Shown in pieces: positions 35,801-47,200 of a DNA stretch of 64,000 nucleotides. How positions within the stretch are numbered: position 1 is the first letter of the stretch; the number at the start of each line of letters is the position of its first letter. Location of the stretch: NCBI GenBank assembly GCA_964016885.1, contig OZ024757.1, positions 10,416,001 to 10,480,000 of the forward strand, in the 5' to 3' direction. Under the pieces are notes generated by a model, which worked only from the letters and a program-made list of their open reading frames with translations, was not told the DNA's origin and did no database searches. The position numbers and the translations under genes are program-made. Source of the DNA: Eledone cirrhosa (Eukaryota).

Positions 35801-38204
35801 AAGTTGGGGTTAAGTTAAGTTGTGGTTAATTTAAGTTGGGGTGAAGTTAAGTTGGGGTTAAGTTAAGTTGGTGTTAAGGTAAGTTGGGGTTAAGTTAAGT
35901 TGGGGTTAAGTTAAGTTGGGGTTAAGTTAAGTTGGGGTTAAGTTAAGTTGGGGTTAAGTTGGGGTTAACTTAAGTTGGGGTTAAGTTGGGGTTAACTTAA
36001 GTTGGGGTTAAGTTAAGTTGGGGTTGAGTTAAGTTGGGGTTGATTTAAGTTGGGGTTGAGTTAAGTTGGAGTCGGGTTAAGTTGGGGTTGAGTTAAGTTG
36101 GGGTTAAATTAAGTTGGGGTTAAGTTAAGTTGGAGTTAAGTTAAGTTGGGGTTAAGTTAAGTTGGGGTTAACTTAAGTTGGCGTTAAATTAAATTGGGGT
36201 TAAGTTAAGTTGGGGTTACGTTAAGTTGGGGTTAAGTTAAGTTGGGGTTAAGTCAAGTTGGGGTTAAATCAAGTTGGGGTTAACTTAAGTTTGGATTAAC
36301 TTAAGTTGGGTTAACTTAAGTTGGGGTTAAGTTGGGCTTAACTTAAGTTGGGGTTAAGTTAAGTTGGGGTTGAGTTAAGTTGGGGTTGAGTTAAGTTGGG
36401 GTTGAGTTAAGTTGGGGTTGAGTTAAGTTGGGGTCGAGTTAAGTTGGGGTTGACTTAAGTTGGGGTTAAGTTAAGTTGGGGTTAAGTTAAGTTGGGGTTG
36501 AGTTAAGTTGGGGTCGAGTTAAGTTGGGGTTGTGTTAAGTGGGGGTTAAGTTAAGTTGGGGTTAAGTTAAGTTGGGGTTGAGTTAAGTTGGGATCGAGGT
36601 AAGTTGGGGTTGAGTTAAGTTGGGGTTAAGTTAAGTTTGGTTTAAGTTAAGTTGGGGTTAAGTTAAGTTGGGGTTAAGTTAAGGTGGGATTAGGTTAAGT
36701 TGGGGTTAAGTTAAGTTGGGGTTAAGTTAAGTTGTGGTTAAGTTAAGTTGGGGTTAAGTTAAGTTGGGGTTAAGTTAAGTTGGGGTTAAGGTAAGTTGGG
36801 GTTAAGTTAAGTTGGGGTTAAGTTAAGTTGGGGTTAAGTTAAGTTGGGGTTAACTTAAGTTGGGGTTAACTTAAGTTGGGGTTAAGTTGGGGTTTACTTA
36901 AGTTGGGGTTAAGTTGGGGTTAACTTAAGTTGGGGTTAAGTTAAGTTGGAGTCGAGTTAAGTTGGGGTTGAGTTAAGTTGGGGTTAAGTTAAGTTGGGGT
37001 TAAGTTAAGTTGGAGTTAAGTTAAGTTGGGGTTAAGTTAAGTTGGGGTTAAGTTAAGTCGGAGTTAAGTTAAGTTGGGGTTAAGTTAAGTTGGGGGTAAG
37101 TTAAGTTGTGGTTAAGTTAAGTTGGGGTTAAGTTGGGGTTAAGTTAAGTTGGGGTTAAGTTAAGTGGGGTTGAGTTAAGTTGGAGTTAAGTTAAGTTGGG
37201 GTTAATTTAAGTTGGGGTTAAGTTAAGTCGGGGTAAAGTTAAGTTGGGGTTAAGTTAAGTTGGGGTTTACTTAAGTTGGGGTTAAGTCAAGTTGGGGTTA
37301 AGTCATGTTGGGGTTAAGTCAAGTTGGGCTTAAGTTAAGTTGGGGTTAAGTTAAGTTGGGGTTAAATTAAGTTGGGGTTAAGTTAAGTTGGGGTTAAGTT
37401 AAGTTGGCGTTAAGTTAAGTTGGGGTTAAGTTAAGTTGGGGTTAAGTTAAGTTGGGGTTAAGTTAAGTTGGGGTTAAGTCAAGTTGGGGTTAAATCAAGT
37501 TGGGGTTAACTTAAGTTTGGATTAACTTAAGTTGGGTTAACTTAAGTTGGGGTTAAGTTGGGGTTAACTTAAGTTGGGGTTAAGTTAAGTTGGGGTTAAG
37601 TTAAGTTGGGGTTGAGTTAAGTTGGGGTTGAGTTAAGTTGGGGTTGAGTTAAGTTGGGGTTGATTTAAGTTGGGGTTGAGTTAAGTTGGGGTCGAGTTAA
37701 GTTGGGGTTGAGTTAAGTTGGGGTTGAGGTAAGTTGGGGTTAAGTTAAGTTGGGGTTAAGTTAAGTTTGGTTTAAGTTAAGTTGGGGTTAAGTTAAGTTG
37801 GGGTTAAGTTAAGTTGGGATTAGGTTAAGTTGGGGTTAAGTTAAGTTGGGGTTAAGTTAAGTTGTGGTTAATTTAAGTTGGGGTGAAGTTAAGTTGGGTT
37901 TAAGTTAAGTTGGTGTTAAGGTAAGTTGGGGTTAAGTTAAGTTGGGGTTAAGTTAAGTTGGGGTTAAGTTAAGTTGGGGTTAACTTAAGTTGGGGTTAAG
38001 TTGGGGTTAACTTAAGTTGGGGTTAAGTTGGGGTTAACTTAAGTTGGGGTTAAGTTAAGTTGGGGTTGAGTTAAGTTGGGGTTGAATTAAGTTGGGGTTG
38101 AGTTAAGTTGGAGTTAAGTTCAGTTGGGGTTAAGTTAAGTTGGGGTTACGTTAAGTCGGGGTTAAGTTAAGTTGGGGTTAAGTTAAGTTGGGGGTAAGTT
38201 ATGT

Positions 38205-41200
38205 TGGGGTTAAGTTAAGTTGGGGTTTAGTTAAGTTGGGGTTAAGTTAAGTTGGCGTTAAGTTAAGTTGGGGTTAAGTTAAGTTGGCGTTAAATTAAGT
38301 TGGGGTTAAGTTAAGTTGGGGTTACGTTAAGTTGGGGATAAGTTAAGTTGGGGTTAAGTCAAGTTGGGGTTAAATCAAGTTGGGGTTAACTTAAGTTTGG
38401 ATTAACTTAAGTTGGGTTAACTTAAGTTGGGATTAAGTTGGGTTTAACTTAAGTTGGGGTTAAGTTAAGTTGGCGTTGAGTTAAGTTGGGGTTGAGTTAA
38501 GTTGGGGTTGAGTTAAGTTGGGGTTGAGTTAAGTTGGGGTCGAGTTAAGTTGGGGTTGATTTAAGTTGGGGTTAAGTTAAGTTGGGGTTAAGTTAAGTTG
38601 GGGTTAAGTTAAGTTGGGATTAGATTAAGTAGGAGTTAAGTTAAGTTGGGGTTAAGTTAAGTTGTGGTTAAGTTAAGTTGGGGTTAAGTTAAGTTGGGGT
38701 TAAGTTAAGTTGGGGTTAACTTAAGTTGGAGTTAAGTTAAGTTGGGGTTAAGTTAAGTTGAGGCTAAGTTAAGTTGGGGCTGAGTTAACTTGGGGTTAAG
38801 TTAAGTTGGGGTTAAGTTAAGTTGGGGTTAAGGTAAGTTGGGGTTAAGTTAAGTTGGGGTTAAGTTAAGTTGGGGTTAAGTTAAGTTGGGGTTAACTTAA
38901 GTTGGGGTTAAGTTGGGGTTAACTTAAGTTGGGTTTAATTTAAGTTGGGGTTGAGTTAAGTTGGGGTTGATTTCAGTTTGGGTTGAGTTAAGTTGGGGTC
39001 GAGTTAAGTTGGGGTTGTGTTAAGTGGGGGTTAAGTTAAGTTGGGGTTAAGTTAAGTTGGGGTTGAGTTAAGTTGGGATCGAGGTAAGTTGGGGTTGAGT
39101 TAAGTTGGGGTTAAGTTAAGTTTGGTTTAAGTTAAGTTGGGGTTAAGTTAAGTTGGGGTTAAGTTAAGGTGGGATTAGGTTAAGTTGGGGTTAAGTTAAG
39201 TTGGGGTTAAGTTAAGTTGTGGTTAAGTTAAGTTGGGGTTAAGTTAAGTTGGGGTTAAGTTAAGTTGGGGTTAAGGTAAGTTGGGGTTAAGTTAAGTTGG
39301 GGTTAAGTTAAGTTGGGGTTAAGTTAAGTTGGGGTTAACTTAAGTTGGGGTTAACTTAAGTTGGGGTTAAGTTGGGGTTTACTTAAGTTGGGGTTAAGTT
39401 GGGGTTAACTTAAGTTGGGGTTAAGTTAAGTTGGAGTCGAGTTAAGTTGGGGTTGAGTTAAGTTGGGGTTAAGTTAAGTTGGGGTTAAGTTAAGTTGGAG
39501 TTAAGTTAAGTTGGGGTTAAGTTAAGTTGGGGTTAAGTTAAGTCGGAGTTAAGTTAAGTTGGGGTTAAGTTAAGTTGGGGGTAAGTTAAGTTGTGGTTAA
39601 GTTAAGTTGGGGTTAAGTTGGGGTTAAGTTAAGTTTGGGTTAAGTTAAGTGGGGTTGAGTTAAGTTGGAGTTAAGTTAAGTTGGGGTTAATTTAAGTTGG
39701 GGTTAAGTTAAGTCGGGGTAAAGTTAAGTTGGGGTTAAGTTAAGTTGGGGGTAAGTTAATTTGTGGTTAAGTTAAGTTGGGGTTTAGTTAATTTGGGGTT
39801 AAGTCAAGTTGGGGTTAAGTCAAGTTGGGGTTAAGTTAAGTTGGGGTTAAGTTAAGTCGGGGTTAAGTTAAGTTGGGGTTAAGTTAAGTTGGGGTAAGTT
39901 AAGTTGGGGTTAAGTTAAGTTGGGGTTTACTTAAGTTGGGGTTAAGTCAAGTTGGGGTTAAGTCAAGTTGGGGTTAAGTCAAGTTGGGCTTAAGTTAAGT
40001 TGGGGTTAAGTTAAGTTGGGGTTAAATTAAGTTGGGGTTAAGTTAAGTTGGGGTTAAGTTAAGTTGGCGTTAAGTTAAGTTGGGGTTAAGTTAACTTGGG
40101 GTTAAGTTAAGTTGGGGTTAAGTTAAGTTGGGGTTAAGTCAAGTTGGGGTTAAATCAAGTTGGGGTTAACTTAAGTTTGGATTAACTTAAGTTGGGTTAA
40201 CTTAAGTTGGGGTTAAGTTGGGGTTAACTTAAGTTGGGGTTAAGTTAAGTTGGGGTTAAGTTAAGTTGGGGTTGAGTTAAGTTGGGGTTGAGTTAAGTTG
40301 GGGTTGAGTTAAGTTGGGGTTGATTTAAGTTGGGGTTGAGTTAAGTTGGGGTCGAGTTAAGTTGGGGTTGAGTTAAGTTGGGGTTGAGGTAAGTTGGGGT
40401 TAAGTTAAGTTGGGGTTAAGTTAAGTTTGGTTTAAGTTAAGTTGGGGTTAAGTTAAGTTGGGGTTAAGTTAAGTTGGGATTAGGTTAAGTTGGGGTTAAG
40501 TTAAGTTGGGGTTAAGTTAAGTTGTGGTTAATTTAAGTTGGGGTGAAGTTAAGTTGGGGTTAAGTTAAGTTGGTGTTAAGGTAAGTTGGGGTTAAGTTAA
40601 GTTGGGGTTAAGTTAAGTTGGGGTTAAGTTAAGTTGGAGTTAACTTAAGTTGGGGTTAAGTTGGGGTTAACTTAAGTTGGGGTTAAGTTGGGGTTAACTT
40701 AAGTTGGGGTTAAGTTAAGTTGGGGTTGAGTTAAGTTGGGGTTGATTTAAGTTGGGGTTGAGTTAAGTTGGAGTCGAGTTAAGTTGGGGTTGAGTTAAGT
40801 TGGGGTTAAATTAAGTTGGGGTTAAGTTAAGTTGGAGTTAAGTTAAGTTGGGGTTAAGTTAAGTTGGGGTTAAGTTAAGTTGGCGTTAAATTAAATTGGG
40901 GTTAAGTTAAGTTGGGGTTACGTTAAGTTGGGGTTAAGTTAAATTGGGCTTAAGTCAAGTTGGGGTTAAATCAAGTTGGGGTTAACTTAAGTTTGGATTA
41001 ACTTAAGTTGGGTTAACTTAAGTTGGGGTTAAGTTGGGCTTAACTTAAGTTGGGGTTAAGTTAAGTTGGGGTTGAGTTAAGTTGGGGTTGAGTTAAGTTG
41101 GGGTTGAGTTAAGTTGGGGTTGAGTTAAGTTGGGGTCGAGTTAAGTTGGGGTTGACTTAAGTTGGGGTTAAGTTAAGTTGGGGTTAAGTTAAGTTGGGGT

Positions 41201-44200
41201 TAAGTTAAGTTGGGATTAGATTAAGTAGGAGTTAAGTTAAGTTGGGGTTAAGTTAAGTCGGAGTAAAGTTAAGTTGGGGTTAAGTTAAGTTGGGGGTAAG
41301 TTAAGTTGTGGTTAAGTTAAGTTGGGGTTAAGTTGGGGTTAAGTTAAGTTGGGGTTGAGTTAAGTTGGGGTTGAATTAAGTTGGGATTGAGTTAAGTTGG
41401 AGTTAAGTTAAGTTGGGGTTAAGTTAAGTTGGGGTTAAGTTAAGTTGGCGTTAAATTAAGTTGGGGTTAAGTTAAGTTGGGGTTACGTTAAGTTGGGGTT
41501 AAGTTAAGTTGGGGTTAAGTCAAGTTGGGGTTAAATCAAGTTGTGGTTAACTTAAGTTTGGATTAACTTAAGTTGGGTTAACTTAAGTTGGGATTAAGTT
41601 GGGGTTAACTTAAGTTGGGGTTAAGTTAAGTTGGGGTTGAGTTAAGTTGGGGTTGAGTTAAGTTGGGGTTGAGTTAAGTTGGGGTTAAGTTAAGTTGGGG
41701 TTAAGTTAAGTTGGGGTTAAGTTAAGTTGGGATTAGATTAAGTAGGAGTTAAGTTAAGTTGGGGTTAAGTTAAGTTGTGGTTAAGTTATGTTGGGGTTAA
41801 GTTAAGTTGGGGTTAAGTTAAGTTGGGGTTAACTTAAGTTGGAGTTAAGTTAAGTTGGGGTTAAGTTAAGTTGAGGCTAAGTTAAGTTGGGGCTGAGTTA
41901 ACTTGGGGTTAAGTTAAGTTGGGGTTAAGTTAAGTTGGGGTTAAGGTAAGTTGGGGTTAATTTAAGTTGGGGTTAAGTTAAGTTGGGGTTAAGTTAAGTT
42001 GGGGTTAACTTAAGTTGGGGTTAACTTAAGTTGGGGTTAAGTTGGGGTTAACTTAAGTTGGGGTTAAGTTAAGTTGGGGTTGAGTTAAGTTGGAGTTAAG
42101 TTAAGTTGGGGTTAATTTAAGTTGGGGTTAAGTTAAGTCGGGGTAAAGTTAAGTTGGGGTTAAGTTAAGTTGGGGGTAAGTTAATTTGGGGTTAAGTTAA
42201 GTTGGGGTTTAGTTAATTTGGGGTTAAGTCAAGTTGGGGTTAAGTCAAGTTGGGGTTAAGTTAAGTTGGGGTTAAGTTAAGTCGGGGTTAAGTTAAGTTG
42301 GGGTTAAGTTAAGTTGGGGTAAGTTAAGTTGGGGTTTACTTAAGTTGGGGTTAAGTCAAGTTGGGGTTAAGTCAAGTTGGGGTTAAGTCAAGTTGGGGTT
42401 AAGTTCAGTTGGGGTTAAGTTAAGTTGGGGTTAAATTAAGTTGGGGTTAAGTTAAGTTGGGGTTAAGTTAAGTTGGCGTTAAGTTAAGTTGGGGTTAAGT
42501 TAACTTGGGGTTAAGTTAAGTTGGGGTTAAGTTAAGTTGGGGTTAAGTCAAGTTGGGGTTAAATCAAGTTGGGGTTAACTTAAGTTTGGATTAACTTAAG
42601 TTGGGTTAACTTAAGTTGGGGTTAAGTTGGGGTTAACTTAAGTTGGGGTTAAGTTAAGTTGGGGTTAAGTTAAGTTGGGGTTGAGTTAAGTTGGGGTTGA
42701 GTTAAGTTGGGGTTGAGTTAAGTTGGGGTTGATTTAAGTTGGGGTTGAGTTAAGTTGGGGTCGAGTTAAGTTGGGGTTGAGTTAAGTTGGGGTTAAGTTA
42801 AGTTGGGGTTAAGTTAAGTTGGGGTTAAGTTAAGTTTGGTTTAAGTTAAGTTGGGGTTAAGTTAAGTTGGGGTTAAGTTAAGTTGGGGTTAAGTTAAGTT
42901 GGGGTTAACTTAAGTTGGGGTTAAGTTGGGGTTAACTTAAGTTGGGGTTAAGTTGGGGTTAACTTAAGTTGGGGTTAAGTTAAGTTGGGGTTGAGTTAAG
43001 TTGGGGTTGATTTAATTTGGGGTTGAGATAAGTTGGAGTCGAGTTAAGTTGGGGTTGAGTTAAGTTGGGGTTAAGTTAAGTTGGGGTTAAGTTAAGTTGG
43101 AGTTAAGTTAAGTTGGGGTTAAGTTAAGTTGGGGTTAAGTTAAGTCGGAGTTAAGTTAAGTTGGGGTTAAGTTAAGTTGGGGGTAAGTTAAGTTGTGGTT
43201 GAGTTAAGTTGGGGTTGAATTAAGTTGGGGTTGAGTTGGGGTTAAGTTAAGTTGGGGTTAAGTTAAGTTGGGGTTGAGTTAAGTTGGGGTTGAATTAAGT
43301 TGGGGTTGAGTTAAGTTGGAGTTAAGTTCAGTTGGGGTTAAGTTAAGTTGGGGTTACGTTAATTCGGGGTTAAGTTAAGTTGGGGTTAAGTTAAGTTGGG
43401 GGTAAGTTAAGTTGGGGTTAAGTTAAGTTGGGGTTTAGTTAAGTTGGGGTTAAGTTAAGTTGGCGTTAAGTTAAGTTGGGGTTAAGTTAAGTTGGGGTTA
43501 TGTTAAGTTGGGGTTAAGTTAAGTTGGGGTTAAGTCAAGTTGGGGTTAAATCAAGTTGGGGTTAACTTAAGTTTGGATTAACTTAAGTTGGGTTAACTTA
43601 AGTTGGGGTTAAGTTGGGGTTAAGTTGGGGTTAAGTTAAGTTGGTGTTACGTTAAGTTGGGGTTAAGTTAAGTTGGGGGTAACTTAAGTTGGGGTTAAGT
43701 TAAGTTGGGGTTAAGTGAAGTTGGGGTTAAGTTAAGTTGGGGTTAAGTTAAGTTGGGGTTAAGTTAAGTTGGGGTTAAGTAAAGTTGGGGTTGAGTTAAT
43801 TTGGGGTTGAATTAAGTTGGGGTTAAGTTAAGTTGGGGTTAAGTCAAGTTGGGGTTAAATCAAGTTGGGGTTAACTTAAGTTTGGATTAACTTAAGTTGG
43901 GTTAACTTAAGTTGGGGTTAAGTTGGGGTTAAGTTGGGGTTAAGTTAAGTTGGGGTTAAGTTAAGTTGGGGTTAAGTTAAGTTGGGGGTAACTTAAGTTG
44001 GGGTTAAGTTAAGTTGGGGTTAAGTTAAGTTGTGGTTAAGTTAAGTTGGGGTTAAGTTAAGTTGGGGTTAAGTTAAGTTGGGGTTAAGTTAAGTTGGGGT
44101 TAAGTTAAGTTGGGGTAAGTTAAGTTGGGGTTAAGTTAAGTTGGGGTTTACTTAAGTTGGGGTTAAGTCAAGTTGGGGTTAAGTCAAGTTGGGGTTAAGT

Positions 44201-47200
44201 TAAGTTGGGGTTGATTTAAGTTGGGGTTGAATTAAGTTGGGGTCGAGTTAAGTTGGGGTTGACTTAAGTTGGGGTTAAGTTAAGTCGGGTTTAAATTAAG
44301 TTGGGGTTAAGTTAAGTTGTGGTAAGTTAAGTTAGGGTTAAGTTAAGTTGGGGTTTAGCTAAGTTGGGGTTAAGTCAAGTTGGGGTTAAGTCAAGTTGGG
44401 GTTAAGTCAAGTTGGGGTTAAGTTAAGTTGGGGTTAAGTTAAGTTGGGGTTAATTTAAGTTGGGATTAAGTTAAGTTGGGGTTAAGTTAAGTTGGCGTTA
44501 AGTTAAGTTGGGGTTAAGTTAAGTTGGGGTTAAGTTAAGATGGGGTTAAGTCAAGTTGGGGTTAAATCAAGTTGGGGTTAACTTAAGTTTGGATTAACTT
44601 AAGTTGGGTTAACTTAAGTTGGGTTTAAGTTGGGGTTAACTTAAGTTGGGGTTAAGTTAAGTTGGGGTTAAGTTAAGTTGGGGTTGAGTTAAGTTGGGGT
44701 TGAGTTAAGTTGGGGTTGAGTTAAGTTGGGGTTGATTTAAGTTGGGGTTGAGTTAAGTTGGGGTCGAGTTAAGTTGGGGTTGAGTTAAGTTGGGGTTAGG
44801 TTAAGTTGGGGATAAGTTAAGTTTGGTTTAAGTTAAGTTGGGGTTAAGTTAAGTTGGGGTTAAGTTAAGTTGGGATTAGGTTAAGTTGGGGTTAAGTTAA
44901 GTTGGGGTTAAGTTAAGTTGTGGCTAAGTTAAGTTGGGGTTAAGTTAAGTTGGGGTTAAGTTAAGTTGGGGTTAAGGTAAGTTGGGGTTAAGTTAAGTTG
45001 GGGTTAAGTTAAGTTGGGGTTTAGTTAAGTTGGGGTTAAGTTAAGTTGGCGTTAAGTTAAGTTGGGGTTAAGTTAAGTTGGCGTTAAATTAAGTTGGGGT
45101 TAAGTTAAGTTGGGGTTACGTTAAGTTGGGGAGAAGTTAAGTTGGGGTTAAGTCAAGTTGGGGTTAAATCAAGTTGGGGTTAACTTAAGTTTGGATTAAC
45201 TTAAGTTGGGTTAACTTAAGTTGGGATTAAGTTGGGGTTAACTTAAGTTGGGGTTAAGTTAAGTTGGCGTTGAGTTAAGTTGGGGTTGAGTTAAGTTGGG
45301 GTTGAGTTAAGTTGGGGTCGAGTTAAGTTGGGGTTGATTTAAGTTGGGGTTGAGTTAAGTTGGGTTTAAGTTAAGTTGGGGTTAAGTTAAGTTGGGATTA
45401 GATTAAGTAGGAGTTAAGTTAAGTTGGGGTTAAGTTAAGTTGTGGTTAAGTTAAGTTGGGGTTAAGTTAAGTTGGGGTTAAGTTAAGTTGGGGTTAACTT
45501 AAGTTGGAGTTAAGTTAAGTTGGGGTTAAGTTAAGTTGAGGCTAAGTTAAGTTGGGGCTGAGTTAACTTGGGGTTAAGTTAAGTTGGGGTTAAGTTAAGT
45601 TGGGGTTAAGGTAAGTTGGGGTTAAGTTAAGTTGGGGTTAAGTTAAGTTGGGGTTAAGTTAAGTTGGGGTTAACTTAAGTTGGGGTTAAGTTGGGGTTAA
45701 CTTAAGTTGGGTTTAATTTAAGTTGGGGTTGAGTTAAGTTGGGGTTGATTTCAGTTTGGGTTGAGTTAAGTTGGGGTCGAGTTAAGTTGGGGTTGTGTTA
45801 AGTGGGGGTTAAGTTAAGTTGGGGTTAAGTTAAGTTGGGGTTGAGTTAAGTTGGGATCGAGGTAAGTTGGGGTTGAGTTAAGTTGGGGTTAAGTTAAGTT
45901 TGGTTTAAGTTAAGTTGGGGTTAAGTTAAGTTGGGGTTAAGTTAAGGTGGGATTAGGTTAAGTTGGGGTTAAGTTAAGTTGGGGTTAAGTTAAGTTGTGG
46001 TTAAGTTAAGTTGGGGTTAAGTTAAGTTGGGGTTAAGTTAAGTTGGGGTTAAGGTAAGTTGGGGTTAAGTTAAGTTGGGGTTAAGTTAAGTTGGGGTTAA
46101 GGTAAGTTGGGGTTAAGTTAAGTTGGGGTTAAGTTAAGTTGGGGTTAAGTTAAGTTGGGGTTAACTTAAGTTGGGGTTAACTTAAGTTGGGGTTAAGTTG
46201 GGGTTTACTTAAGTTGGGGTTAAGTTGGGGTTAACTTAAGTTGGGGTTAAGTTAAGTTGGAGTCGAGTTAAGTTGGGGTTGAGTTAAGTTGGGGTTAAGT
46301 TAAGTTGGGGTTAAGTTAAGTTGGAGTTAAGTTAAGTTGGGGTTAAGTTAAGTTGGGGTTAAGTTAAGTCGGAGTTAAGTTAAGTTGGGGTTAAGTTAAG
46401 TTGGGGGTAAGTTAAGTTGTGGTTAAGTTAAGTTGGGGTTAAGTTGGGGTTAAGTTAAGTTTGGGTTAAGTTAAGTGGGGTTGAGTTAAGTTGGAGTTAA
46501 GTTAAGTTGGGGTTAATTTAAGTTGGGGTTAAGTTAAGTCGGGGTAAAGTTAAGTTGGGGTTAAGTTAAGTTGGGGGTAAGTTAATTTGTGGTTAAGTTA
46601 AGTTGGGGTTTAGTTAATTTGGGGTTAAGTCAAGTTGGGGTTAAGTCAAGTTGGGGTTAAGTTAAGTTGGGGTTAATTTAAGTCGGGGTTAAGTTAAGTT
46701 GGGGTTAAGTTAAGTTGGGGTAAGTTAAGTTGGGGTTAAGTTAAGTTGGGGTTTACTTAAGTTGGGGTTAAGTCAAGTTGGGGTTAAGTCAAGTTGGGGT
46801 TAAGTCAAGTTGGGCTTAAGTTAAGTTGGGGTTAAGTTAAGTTGGGGTTAAATTAAGTTGGGGTTAAGTTAAGTTGGGGTTAAGTTAAGTTGGCGTTAAG
46901 TTAAGTTGGGGTTAAGTTAACTTGGGGTTAAGTTAAGTTGGGGTTAAGTTAAGTTGGGGTTAAGTCAAGTTGGGGTTAAATCAAGTTGGGGTTAACTTAA
47001 GTTTGGATTAACTTAAGTTGGGTTAACTTAAGTTGGGGTTAAGTTGGGGTTAACTTAAGTTGGGGTTAAGTTAAGTTGGGGTTAAGTTAAGTTGGGGTTG
47101 AGTTAAGTTGGGGTTGAGTTAAGTTGGGGTTGAGTTAAGTTGGGGTTGATTTAAGTTGGGGTTGAGTTAAGTTGGGGTCGAGTTAAGTTGGGGTTGAGTT

